Both the position numbers and the translations under genes were made by a program. Below the pieces are notes generated by a model. That model did no database searches, was not told the DNA's origin, and saw only the letters and a program-made list of their open reading frames with translations. 64,000 nucleotides of DNA from Anolis carolinensis (Eukaryota). This document shows positions 63,912 to 64,000 of this stretch, piece by piece. Positions within the stretch are counted from its first letter, which is position 1. Each line of letters starts with the position of its first letter. The stretch covers positions 18,871,769-18,935,768 of the forward strand of contig NW_026943822.1 in assembly GCF_035594765.1 (NCBI RefSeq), given 5' to 3'.

Positions 63912-64000
63912 AGGCGCCGCGGTGGCGCAATGGGTTAAACCCTTGTGAATTACTGACCTGAAGCTTGGGTTACTGACCTGAAGGTTGCCAGTTTGAATCC
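63912..64000 (+). mobile_element. tRNA-derived SINE head (truncated by the window end)
   Basis: ggcgccgcggtggcgcaatgggttaaaccc ... agtttgaatcc. Confidence 0.55.

Overview
This is vertebrate genomic DNA from a squamate reptile; the repeat families (Sauria SINE, Anolis SINE2-like, CR1, Penelope, R4, SPIN-like hAT) point to an Anolis-type lizard. Six spliced genes can be traced exon by exon from GT-AG boundaries and protein motifs: the 3' end of CSNK1G1 (+), complete PPIB (+), complete B2M (-), complete PATL2 (+), complete SNX1 (+) and the first coding exon of SNX22 (+). Gene order is CSNK1G1> PPIB> <B2M PATL2> SNX1> SNX22>, which differs from human as recalled. Most notable observations: Penelope-derived minimal hammerhead ribozymes (one intact in PPIB intron 1, one inside an inverted repeat in PATL2 intron 1); a B2M with two N-glycosylation sequons and an exactly spaced X-Y promoter module; an RBFOX-flanked 24-nt CSNK1G1 microexon next to the palmitoylated tail; palindromic hAT MITEs whose arms are homogenised and GC-shifted near promoters; a TAA-targeting R4/Dong retrotransposon; and a SPIN-like horizontally transferred hAT. 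All family names come from recall, not database searches.
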